Source of the DNA: the human T2T-CHM13v2.0 reference genome, Homo sapiens
NCBI RefSeq assembly: GCF_009914755.1
Contig: NC_060929.1
Reading direction: 5' to 3' (one strand)
Length of the DNA stretch: 64,000 nt
Positions 1 to 24,100 of the stretch are shown piece by piece. A program made the translations under genes and the position numbers. How positions within the stretch are numbered: the stretch's first letter is position 1; every line of letters starts with the position of its first letter. The notes beneath the pieces were generated by a model. That model searched no databases and was not told the DNA's origin. It saw only the letters and a list, made by a program, of their open reading frames with translations.

Positions 1-100
1 TACATGGATATTCCCCAAGTATCCAGCCAGTACCCTATTGCTGAACAATTAGATCATTTACCACAACAACAGAAAGAGTAAATCCCCCGTGTTGCTATAA

Positions 101-457
<357 letters not shown>

Positions 458-637
458 TAAAAAATGTTTTTACCCTTTATGTTTTACCATTGGTTATTGT
501 AACTATTCAGGAAACCTCGGTGCTGTAAATGGTAAAATTGGAATCTGGTACAAAAATCAAGTGTAGGTTTACCCTTCATATGCCTTGGCATAGAACAACA
601 AGAACTCTTCTTCCAGTAGCATAAAAGAATTTAACTA

Positions 638-1039
<402 letters not shown>

Positions 1040-1568
1040 TCACTGCATTCCACACTCTAGCCTGGGCGACGGAGCAAGATTCCATCTCAAAAAAAAAAGA
1101 AAGAAAAAGAAAAAGAATTTAACTAACTTGGCTAAATAAGGGAGTGGTTCAGAGCAGGGTGACCATTCATTTTGTAAAGAAGAGTGGCTATGCAAGGGGA
1201 TTTGAGAGTGGCCATTCTGGGCCTCTGTGAGTAAGAAGCTCTGATTCTCCAAATGAAAACAGGATTGGCTCTTTCATCCACCTCTGGGCATGAGGGCATG
1301 AGTAGTGCCCGAAACTCCCCAGAATGAGGTGAGAGCTGCTTTCCTTAATTTATTTCCACTTTCCAAGAAGACCTAAAAACAAAATGCTCAATAGTTGTGT
1401 CATGTTTCCTTATCTTCAGATGAAGCTGCTTGGGTTCCTTAAAGTCCTCAGGCTTTGATGCAACACTTTGCTGTGACATAGATCATAAGGCTGTGTGATT
1501 GTGAGTCCAGGATTTGCTGGCTCCTCTGGTGATTTAAACTAGTCTGCAGTAGAAGAGAAGGAAATTGA

Positions 1569-1901
<333 letters not shown>

Positions 1902-2768
1902 TGAAATGATCTGCCCGTCTTGGCCTCCCAAAGTGTTGGGTTTACAGGCGTGAGCCACTGCACCCAGCCTGCATTTCTTTTTTTATTAAGATAGTTCAAG
2001 TTAGGTTTCTCTTTCTTGACCCCAAAGGATCCTTGACTTTATCACCACAGGTAGGGTTTATCCTCATTTTACAAATAAAGGGACTGAGACTCAGGCATGT
2101 TAAGAGATTTGTCCAAGGCCCACAGCCTTGAGCTTTTTCCATTACACATCTATTTCTCCCTTCCAGCCAGTTTTGTTTGAGATAACACAGAACCAATTTC
2201 CTTATGTCAATTCAGATTCAATTGCAAGAAAAACAAAACAAAACTCTGGCCACATAAACAATGAATTTATTGGAAGTTTATTGGCTAGCTCATAGTATAG
2301 AAGTAATTGAACACCCAGGCCTTGCAAAGATCTTGAATCAGAAAAGTTCAGATCTCAGGACTGGGAACTTGTGTGCTTCCTCTTTAAACAATTGCCAGCA
2401 GATCATCAGGTTCAACCCCCTGCAGTATCTGTGTACCTAATATTGCCTCGGCTTGAGCTGAGGTCACACCACTGCACTCCAGCCTGGTAGACAGAGTAAG
2501 ACTCTATCTCAAAAAGAAAAATACTAAATCAAGATTAAGTTTACATGGTGTGTAATGCAAAATAAAACAGTAATTATAATTTGTTTTATGAATAAGAATG
2601 GCAAGATAGCCTGTCTCCACAAAAAGCAAATATAGCTTAAGAACACTTTAGGGCCAGGCATGGTGGTTCATCCCGGTAATCCCAGCACTTTGGGAGGCTG
2701 AGGTGAGTGGATTGCTTGAGCCCAGGAATTTGAGACCAGCCTGGGCAAAATGGCAAAACTCTGTCTCT

Positions 2769-2771
<3 letters not shown>

Positions 2772-2813
<42 letters not shown>
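2772..2813. repeat. (AT)21 microsatellite
   Basis: Read directly from sequence. Confidence 0.95.
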
Positions 2814-2816
<3 letters not shown>

Positions 2817-2846
2817 AGAGCTATATTACATATATATAATTTTTAA

Positions 2847-3270
<424 letters not shown>

Positions 3271-3306
3271 TAAAAACTACTGTTTCTGGCCAGGCGCAGT
3301 GGCTCA

Positions 3307-3636
<330 letters not shown>

Positions 3637-3657
3637 TCACTTAAAAATCGATGTTCT

Positions 3658-3985
<328 letters not shown>

Positions 3986-4784
3986 CTATTTTTTTAAATT
4001 TTAATTTAATTTAATTTTTTTTGAGATGGAGTCTTGCTCGGTCGCCTAGGCTGGAGAGCAGTGGCGCGATCTTGGCTCACTGCAACCTCAGCCTCCCGGG
4101 TTCAAGCGATCAAGCAATTCTCCTACCTCAGCCTCCTGAGTAGCTGGGAATACTAAAGAGCAGTGGTGCATTCATAGCTCACTGTAGCCTCGACCTCCTG
4201 GGCTCAAGCCATCCTCCAGCCTCAGCCTCCTGAATAGCTGGGATTACAGGCATGTGCCACCATGCTTGGCTAATTAAAAATTTTTTAGGGAGGGGGATAG
4301 AGACAGGGTCTTGCAGGTTCACGACCACATAGGCTGGTCTTGAACTCCTGGACTCAAGTGATCGTCCTGCCTCAGCCTCCCGAGTAGCTAGGACTACAGG
4401 TGCTCACCACCAGATCCAGCTAAAGGGCTTTTCATCATTGATAAACCCTCAAAGTATATTTTAATCCCTGGCATTTTTATGTGAACATACCTACTGCACT
4501 GCATCATGAATTTTATATGTGGTAGACTGATTCGTTAGGGCTCCTCAAATTGCAGGTGAACCAAAATCCATGAAAAAAAAGTGTATTTAAAGGATGGGAA
4601 GATACTGCAAGACGCCAGAGCAGGGAAACTAAGCACCTCAGCCCAGAACCAAGGATGTGATGCCTTTTGTCAAGACAAACTAGCCTCTGCTTTCCTCCAA
4701 GTAGTGATCTATTTCCTTCAGGCCTCTCTGGCTGAAAGTATGGCCACTGAAACCTTGGGAACACATTCTTATGATTCCACAGCC

Positions 4785-5274
4785 TGTCAAAGACAAAACC
4801 CAAGCAAATAAGGAAATTGATTTTATTCAGGCTGTTGTGATAGGGCAAGCACCTTAGATCTGAAGGTCAGACTCTTGACAGGGTATGTTTGTCCGACACT
4901 TATAGGGAGGAGTCGGTAATTCACAGGTGGGGTGTTTTATAGTTGGAATTGTTTTTGTGATCAAGCTGAATCTCAATCAGCTGAACAGGAAATATCTCTA
5001 TGGCTAGCTAGTCTCAGAGGGACAAACAGTTCCCCTTATGAGACAAATAATGCAAATTTGGAGAGTCTGTGTCTGGTCTTGCCATAAGTAAACAGTGGTA
5101 TCATCAGTGGTCTTATCTAAGTCCTATCCAGAAGAGTGATTCTTTGTAGTAAGCTGGGACAAAGAGTGTGTGTGTCAGCGTGGGGGTGAGGGGGGTTGGG
5201 GGGGCAGGTGGTTCTTAACCATCTCAGTTTTCCAGAAGTGTAGGACTTACACAGAGTTCAATGTTATGAAAACA
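4785..5274 (-). mobile_element. Old solo LTR (MER31/MER67-like)
   Basis: TGTCAAAGACAAAAC...ttttattcag... ~490 bp ...AACA, with TG/CA ends. Family assignment by eye only. Confidence 0.45.
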
Positions 5275-5530
5275 GGAGAAAGACTATTCCACCAGCTGAG
5301 ACACTCTGAAGAGAGCGCCATGTGCTTGGTCACATGTTTATCTGCTTATCTCTCCTTCAAATCATTGTGGTCCAGTGAGAGGAGGTGCTGTGAATAATTC
5401 AGCTTGTGTTATGCCCACTCCTATTGTTAGCATAGTAGAGAGAAGGGGGCCCGGGAAGATCAAGAAAAATCACCACCACAGTGGGCAAACTGTCAGAATT
5501 TAATTCCAGTGGAACTTAATTTGAAAACTT

Positions 5531-12968
<7,438 letters not shown>

Positions 12969-14263
12969 CCATTTTTCACTCTTGCGCTTCTTAGGCCATA
13001 TTCCTTGAACTGAGGCTGCACCTCCTCCTCTTCATCCTTGCATGCAGTGAGGTCTCAGGAACAGGCATGCAGGGGCCTGCCTACACTAGGAAAAGAATGG
13101 CCTGTTTCTGGGAATGATCTCCCAGAAGTTCAAGATGTGAGTTTATGGGATTTTAACTGCCAGGCAGAAGTGTTAAGAGCAGCCTTCCAAAACCAGCCAG
13201 GGACCACAGGTCTTCATTCTTTGTTTTCTGATCTGTCCCTTCCTTCTCCAATCTTCTTAATTTATCCCCTCCTCCCTAGGTCAGGCACGCAGGCATTGTC
13301 TCTCCCTATGTTACATGTGCCTGCATGCCCACACACCCACAATTGGGCTTGTAACTTTAAGTTCATAGTACCTTTGCAATCTGGCTTGCAACTTCATATT
13401 CAAAGTCCCTTTGAAGCTACTCCATGTACCCACTGAATACTGAGTTAAGATTTGACCAAATCAGACCCAAACAAATGAAGAGTAATGATGCACCTAGAGG
13501 AAAGTTTGGTTGGTCCAGGTACCCTGTATTCTATAGTTAGGCTATGGTATTCAGAGTCCTATCTTTTGATTCCTTCTTATCTTCTCATGGTGTGTGTGGG
13601 TTTTTGTTTTATTATTTTTATTTATTATTATTATTTTTGAGACGGAGTCTCACTCTGTCACCAGGCTGGAGTGCAGTGGCATGATTGTTTTATTATTTTT
13701 AGGTGGTTTCACTTCATCTCCCAGGCTGGAGTGTAGTGGCATGAACAGGGTTCACTGCAGCCTCCATCTACTGGGCTCAAGCAATCCTCCTGTCTCAGCT
13801 TCCAAAAGTGTTGGGATTGCAGGCATGAGTCACTGTGCCCAACCTCCTGGTGGTTTTGAATTAAAACAGCAACCTGATTTGGCCTATGGTAGGATCTCTA
13901 GAGGGATTCAATATGCTGCCACATAACTTTCCATTCCTTTAAAAGGGTTCTGTTATTAATGTTAAATTATTTTCGCCACTCTCCAAAAACAAGCCTACCC
14001 TAATGGATTAGATAGTGCACAGTCAGCCCCTTCAACAGAACAGTAAAGTTGGTAAGGTTTGTCTGCCTTTGCCCCTTTGAGCCTTCCTTCTTGTGCATGT
14101 GACTGTATTACATACTTCTTCCTAAACTCCCCTCATTTCTGTGGTTATCATTTGTCTTCATTCACGGGGAGATCTCAGACTGTTACTTTGTCTCCTAACC
14201 TTGGAAAGGAATTTTACTTTGAGAGAGGATGCCCTTGGAAAGAACATGAGAGAGAAGCCCTAA

Positions 14264-14658
<395 letters not shown>

Positions 14659-14671
14659 TAAGTAGGACCCT

Positions 14672-15071
14672 CATATATATATAAAGAAGAGTTTATTAAG
14701 TATTAACTTAAATGATCACAGGGTCCCACAATAGACTGTCTGCAAGCTGAGGAGCAAGGAGAGCCAGTCCGAGTCCCAAAACTGAGGAACCTGGAGTCCG
14801 ATGTTTGAGGGCAGGAAGCATCCAGCACAGGAGAAAGATGTAGGCTGGGAAGCTAGGCCCCTCTCATCACTTCATGTTTTTCTGCCTGCTTTATATTCAC
14901 TGGTGGCTGATTAGATGGCGCCCACCATCTAATTCCCAGCCTGCCCACCATCTACTTCCCTAGCCCACTGACTCAAATGTTAATCTTCCCAGGCAACACT
15001 CTCACAGACACTCAGGATCAATATTGCACCCTTCAATCCAATCAAGTTGACGCTCAGTATTAACCATCACA
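14672..15071 (-). mobile_element. MLT2A (HERV-L) LTR, one end truncated
   Basis: gtctgcaagctgaggagcaaggagagccagtccgagtcccaaaactg...caatccaatcaagttgacgctcagtattaaccatcaca matches the MLT2A consensus I recall. Confidence 0.85.
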
Positions 15072-15100
15072 CTGATCCTTTATCAAATTGCAAATATTCA

Positions 15101-15669
<569 letters not shown>

Positions 15670-15771
15670 TCAGGAAAATCACTGGTGATCAAGGGGCCTA
15701 GACGGAAGGTTTAAAATTTCAGAATGTCAGCTTATATGGCCCAGAGAAATCTGTGCAGTGTTCCCCCAGCA

Positions 15772-16080
15772 CTTTTTTTTTTTTTTTTTTTTTTTTTTTG
15801 AGACGGCGTCTCGCTCTGTCGCCCAGGCTGGAGTGCAGTGGCAGGATCTCGGCTCACTGTAAGCTCCGCCTCCTGGGTTCATGCCATCTCCTGCCTCAGC
15901 CTCCCGAGTAGCTGGGATTACAGGTGCCCGCCACCACACCTGGCTAATTTTTTTGTATTTTTAGGAGAGACAGGGTTTCACCATGTTAGCTAGTATGGTC
16001 TCAATCTCCTGACCTCGTGATCTGCCCGCCTCGGCCTCCCAAAGTGCTGGGATTACAGGCGTGAGCCACTGAACCCAGCC
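15772..16080 (-). mobile_element. AluY-like element with TSD tcccccagca
   Basis: Long T tract, aagctccgcctcctgggttcatgcc, flanking direct repeat. Confidence 0.85.
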
Positions 16081-16310
16081 TCCCCCAGCATTTAAAAGTT
16101 ACAAAGAGGGAAAGCACTGGGACTACTAATGACGCTGCAAGCCATATACATTAAGTGAACCAGCCTGAATAAGGACAAAAAAATAGGGCTTAAGAGAAAA
16201 GGCCACTGGATGAGATCATAGTGCTGTTATGTAAGCCGACAGTTTGATAGCCAGAGTGGAGTAAAGACCCTGGGATTTTAGCCAATTTGGAGTTAGAAGT
16301 GAATTGTGAG

Positions 16311-18769
<2,459 letters not shown>

Positions 18770-18770
<1 letters not shown>

Positions 18771-20281
18771 CTTTTTTTTTTTCTTTCTTTCCTTCCTTCC
18801 TACTTCTCTTTCTTTCTTCCATTTTTCCTTTCTCTCTCTCTCTTTCTTTCTTTGAGACAGAGTCTCTTTCTCTCACCTACGGTTGGAGTGCTGTGGTACC
18901 ATCTCAGTTCACTGCAACCTCTGCAACCTCCACCTCCTGGGCTCAAGGGGTTCTCCTGCCCCTGCCTCCTGAGTAGCTGGGATTACAGATGCGTGATATC
19001 AGGCCCAGCTAATTTTTCTATTTTTAGTAGAGAAGGGGTTTCACCATGTTGGTCAGGCTGGTCTTGAACTCCCAACTTCAGGTGATCCACCTGCCTAAGC
19101 CTCCCAAAGTGCTGATGAGAGGTGACAACGTGCTAGCAGCCCTCGCTCGCTCTTGGCGCCTCCTCAGCCTGGCGTCCACTCTGGCCATGCTCGAGGAGCC
19201 CTTCAGCCCGCCCCTGCGCTGTGGGGGCCCCTCTCTGGGGCTGGCCGAGGCTGGAGCAGGCTCCCACTGCTCGAGGGGAGGTGTGGAGGGAGAAGCACAG
19301 GCAGGAGCCGGGGCTGCCCGCAGCACTAGTGGCCTGGTGTGGGATCCGGGTGGGAGTGGGTTTCGCGTGGGCGAGGGCTCAGTGGCCTGCACTCAGCGCT
19401 GCCGACTGGTGCCTGCTGGGCTTGATGGGGGGATGAACTCCCTCTGGGCTGCTGGAGTGCCCCGGCTAGATGCCACAAAGTCCCATGGTGAGTGCCATTG
19501 AGAGGTGAAGCCGGCTGCGCTTCTGGGTCTGGTGGGGACTTGGAGAACTTTTCTGTCCAGCTAAAGGACTGTAAACGCACCAATCAGAACTCTATGTCTA
19601 GCTAAAGGTTTGTAAACGCACCAATCAGCACTCTGTGTCTAGCTGGAGGTTTGTAAATGCACCAATCTGCACTCTGTGTCTAGCTAATCAGGTAGGGTAC
19701 TTGGAGAACTTTTGTGTCTAGCTAAAGGATTGTAAATGCACCAATCAGCACTCTGTGTCTAGCTAAAGGTTTGTAAAGACACCAATCAGCACTCGGTCAA
19801 AACGGACCAGTCAGCTCTCTGTAAAATGGACCAATTGGCACTCTGTAAAATGGACCAATCAGCAGGATGTGGGTGGGGCCAGATAAAGGAATAAAAGCAG
19901 GCTGCGTGCCCCCCACCTTCCCCAACAACCAGCAGCGCAACCTGGTCAGGTCCCCTTCCACACTGTGAAAGTTTTGTTCTTTTGCTCTTCACAATAGATC
20001 TTGCTGCTGCTCACTCTTTGAGACTGCGCTGCCTTTAAAAGCTATAACACTCACTGCAAAGTTCTACAGCTTCACTCCCGAAGTCAGCGTAGAACACGAA
20101 CCCACCAGAAGGAAGAAACTTCAGACACGTCCGAACAGCAGAAGGAACAAACTCTGGACACACCATCTTTAAGAAATGTAACACCGCGAGGGTCTGCAGC
20201 TTCATTCTTGAAGTTAGGGAGACCAAGAACCTACCAATTCTGGACACACTGGGATTACAGGCATGAGCCACTGTGCCTGGC
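18770..20281 (-). mobile_element. Alu split by the LTR12 insertion
   Basis: Antisense Alu runs to ...cccaaagtgctga (19115) and resumes ctgggattacaggcatgagcc (20249). CT-rich tail at 18770-18853. Confidence 0.88.
19116..20248 (+). mobile_element. LTR12-family (ERV9) solo LTR, complete (LTR12D/C/E-like; subfamily not resolved)
   Basis: Starts TGAGAGGTGACAACGTGCT and ends CCAATTCTGGACACA. GC-rich U3, 41-bp CCAAT tandem units, GT box, GATA and AATAAAA core promoter, U5 repeats (ACCAGAAGGAAGAAACT). Imperfect 4-bp TSD ctga/ctgg. Confidence 0.93.
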
Positions 20282-21679
20282 TAAGAGATCCTCATTTTTA
20301 CAAAAAAATGAAAAAATGAGTTGTATGTGGCAGCACATGCCTGTAGTCCTAGCTACTCAGGAGGCTGAGGTGGGAGGATTGTTTGAGCCCAGGCTGCAGT
20401 GAGCTATGAACGTGACACTGCACTCCAGTCTGGGTGACAGAAAGCGATCATCTAAAAGAAGAAATAGAGAAGCAGTGTAGTTGTGAGAAAATTGTGTGAC
20501 CTTGAACAAGTACCTTAACCTTATCAGGTCTCTATAAAATAGGAAAAATATCACCTACCTGATGGGCTTGCTATGACGAGTAAAGGAATTATATTGGTAT
20601 CAATACAGTGTCTGGCGTAATGCTAGCATATGCTGTAGGAATGCCAGAGACATGGTAATTACCATTATTATTGAGTTATTGGAGTTTTGGTGTTTAAGAA
20701 AGGGTTGTTGCTTTGACTAAAAGCATTGCTCCACTCACTGTAAGATCAGGGAAGTCAGAAAATCACCATTATCTGAGCAGGTAGTTTCCTTGTGAAGCAA
20801 AAAATTGCAGAAGCTGCTCCAGAGCGTAGGGCAGGATTCCACTGGACACTTGTCAGGGAGAAATATGAGTCCCCAGCTGATGGAGAACCTTTTGTCTTTT
20901 GTTGGGCAGCCTATGAACACTGTATATTTAAAAACAAACACTTCTGTGATTGCTTAGGACTAAATTTAATCGTTGTATTTGAGAGTGGCATTTAACAACT
21001 TCCTGCTTTTAAAATACTTAAATACCTAAGATACTCTGCCAAATGGAAAGAATTTGTTCTCCGAACACAGTGCCTCCAACATTAAATATTCTGGACACTT
21101 CGTTGGTTCGCAATTGTGATACTTGGAAACTTGCCACGTTAGATTCTTCAGGATTCTAAAATAACCTTTTCCTGACTTCATTTATTTAAATATCCCAGAA
21201 TAATCTCTTAAGCTATAAGTTTGATGATCCAGGAAACTATTTATAGGAGGATGAGTACTCTCTGTGACTGATGGTAGTTATGTTTTATTTTGAGAAGGAC
21301 AAATCATTAAAAAGATTGATAGGGCTGGTGGTATTTTAAACTGAAAGCAGTACCAAGGCAAACAAGGCAGTTGAGGTATGAAGTTGGAACATAATAAGAT
21401 ATGGGTGTAATTTTCATCAACTTAGCTAAGACCTAGGGAGGTCTTCCAATAGAAGGAAGGCAGAAACAGGCAGTAACACAGACAGTGATCTTTTAGGTCC
21501 ACTGGACACTTTAGCTTAGGCAGCTCGGGTTGTTTGCTCAGTGATTAACAACTGAGATAAACAGATGGAGACAGGACTCTGTCATAATTAAGGTCAACAG
21601 TGTGCTTGGTATTATTGATATTGCCCCTAGGTAGGAGAAAAACAGAGGAAGGAAGGTCAAGGTCAACCTAACTTAAAAA

Positions 21680-22190
21680 AACTTTAAAAAATTGTGGTGA
21701 AATATACATAAAATTTACCATTTTCATCATTTTTAAATGTACAAATCTGTCACTGATCATGCACATTGTTATGCAACTACCACCAGCATCTATCTCCAGA
21801 ACTTTCTCATCTTCCCAAACTGAAACTCTGTATCCCTTAACTCTCCATTTCACTCTACTTGTGAAACCGCTTTTCTGTCTTTATGTAGTTTATTGTAGGT
21901 GCCTGATACAAGTGGAATCATATTAAATTTTGAATATAAAATTAAAAATTAAAAAAAATTAATTTTGATTTGTTTGGCTTTCCACTTAGCGTATTTTCAA
22001 GGTTCATTCATGCTGTAGCATTTATCAGACTTTCATTCCTTTGTCTTTTCAAAGCTGTATAATGTACTGTTACGCGTATACACTAAATTTAGAAAACTCA
22101 TTCATCTGTCAATGGACATGTGGATTGTTTCCTCCTTTTAGCTACCGTGAATAAACTACTATGAACATGGGTATACAATGTACAAATATG
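21680..22190 (-). mobile_element. L1M 3' end fragment
   Basis: ccagaactttctcatcttcccaaactgaaactctgtatcc...aagtggaatcat...aggttcattcatgctgtagca. Confidence 0.75.
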
Positions 22191-22708
22191 TCCCTGCTCT
22201 CGTTTTTCCAAAGGCTGTTCCTGGCTGCCTCTACTCTTTTTATTCCCAGTACCCTTTTACAGGTAGCACCTGGTACTTGTCTTTGAAGAATTAACAGGTT
22301 TTAGTTAGGCAAAATGTGAGAACAGTGTGGCCATTTGCAAGTTTTAATGGTAATCAACCCGGGTTTGGGGTTGCTCCTATAGAGTGAAGTACCTCCGGAG
22401 GTGGCAGGAAATGCAGGTATTTAAAGGGAAGGGCATACCAGGGCAATGTAATTTCTTCTTTGCTCATTCACTTTTAAAATGGCTGAAGGGCAGGTACTCT
22501 AGCCTTGAGACCTTCAACTCATGATGTACCCTCCAGCAACGGAGAATTTCTTTTTAGTCCTTAAACTATGGTCTCTATTGCTAGTTTTCCAAACTTGAAC
22601 ACAGCCTTTTCCTTTTCTGGGAAGTTGTCCTAGTCTCCACCATTCTGTGCATATAGCACTCGCCATTCTGTACTGGGGTCACCTTTACTTGTTTAGCCAC
22701 CCTCATGA

Positions 22709-22998
22709 TGGGGATGATCCAGGTTTTGCAGAGGTGAAACTTATATACCATTGGGGGGCCCTACAAATACACAAAACAAATAATTAAAACGACAAATCAC
22801 AACACATTACTAGAGACTTGGAGATTCAGATTCTCCTTAGATCTCTCTGGGTAATTTATTAGAAATGCTTACATAGATTTGCTTCCTAATCTCAAGCTGG
22901 CTTCCCCTCTCCACAACTCAGCAACTATCTATTCTCCCAGGAGGCCATACAAGCGAGGGGCCCTGAAGCTTAACATTTATTAACTTCATGTAAAGGTC
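22709..22998. mobile_element. hAT-type MITE (MER53-like) just upstream of the promoter
   Basis: gatccaggttttg...gaaacttatatac...ggggggccct and ggggccctgaagcttaacatttattaacttcatg ends. Confidence 0.5.
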
Positions 22999-23711
22999 TG
23001 AGCGGACCTTTCAGGCCAGGCAGCGTGTCACTTGCCTGTGTTCCTTGTTAGGGCCTACCACCGGGTAGGTGCTTGGAATGTGCTGTGGATTAAAGGCTTA
23101 AATCCTGCGGGCCCCTCAATCTGATCTAAGGACATGAGTGGCTTAGAGAACGGCGCAACAAGGCTAAGCGAAAGAAAACAAAGCGGTGTGGCTGGGAGTG
23201 GGCTCCTTCCCTCCGCTGGTGAGGGTGCGATCTTAGACTCTTGAGAGAACCCGACATAAAGGCCGCGTTCCAATGGCGGCCTTCTCCCCTACCGGCCAAC
23301 CTGCCCCGAAAAGAGCAGAAGGCACCCTGCGGGATCTGCAGATCAGCTTGCGTCTCATTCTGGGGCACCGACACGGTGGAATGCAAGACACCCCACTACC
23401 GGAAGTTTCTTTGATGTTAAGAAAAACGGCGGAAGTAGGCCGCAGCGCTTCCTCAGTATAGTGCCTCGAGCTGGCTCGCCTACTTTCTACGGTAAAGGGA
23501 GGTGCTCCACATCTCTATGCAGCTGTGCAGCGCCGCAGGTTCCATGCGCAGGCTCGGTTGGCTAAATGCGCTTTCCAGCCATCTTTCAGCCACCCAGTCC
23601 TTTCCCAGGTTCTCGAGCCAGGACGTGACGTATTCAGACGTACTGGGGGCGGGGCCTCAAGGGGAAAAGCGCCTGAGCCGGGATATCGCGAGAACATCCC
23701 GTTCTTTCGTA

Positions 23712-24100
<389 letters not shown>

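Noticed and set aside
13038-13436. 132-aa non-Alu ORF (likewise 43419-43808 and 40086-40490)
   Set aside because: Non-ATG starts, no recognisable domain, and lengths within chance expectation for 64 kb in six frames.
19046-19583. ORFs up to 151 aa in the LTR region
   Set aside because: They lie in GC-rich LTR12 U3 sequence with no gag, pol or env similarity.
19560-19860. Regular 41-bp repeats that superficially resemble a CRISPR array
   Set aside because: They are tandem LTR12 CCAAT enhancer units without unique spacers, in a eukaryotic context.
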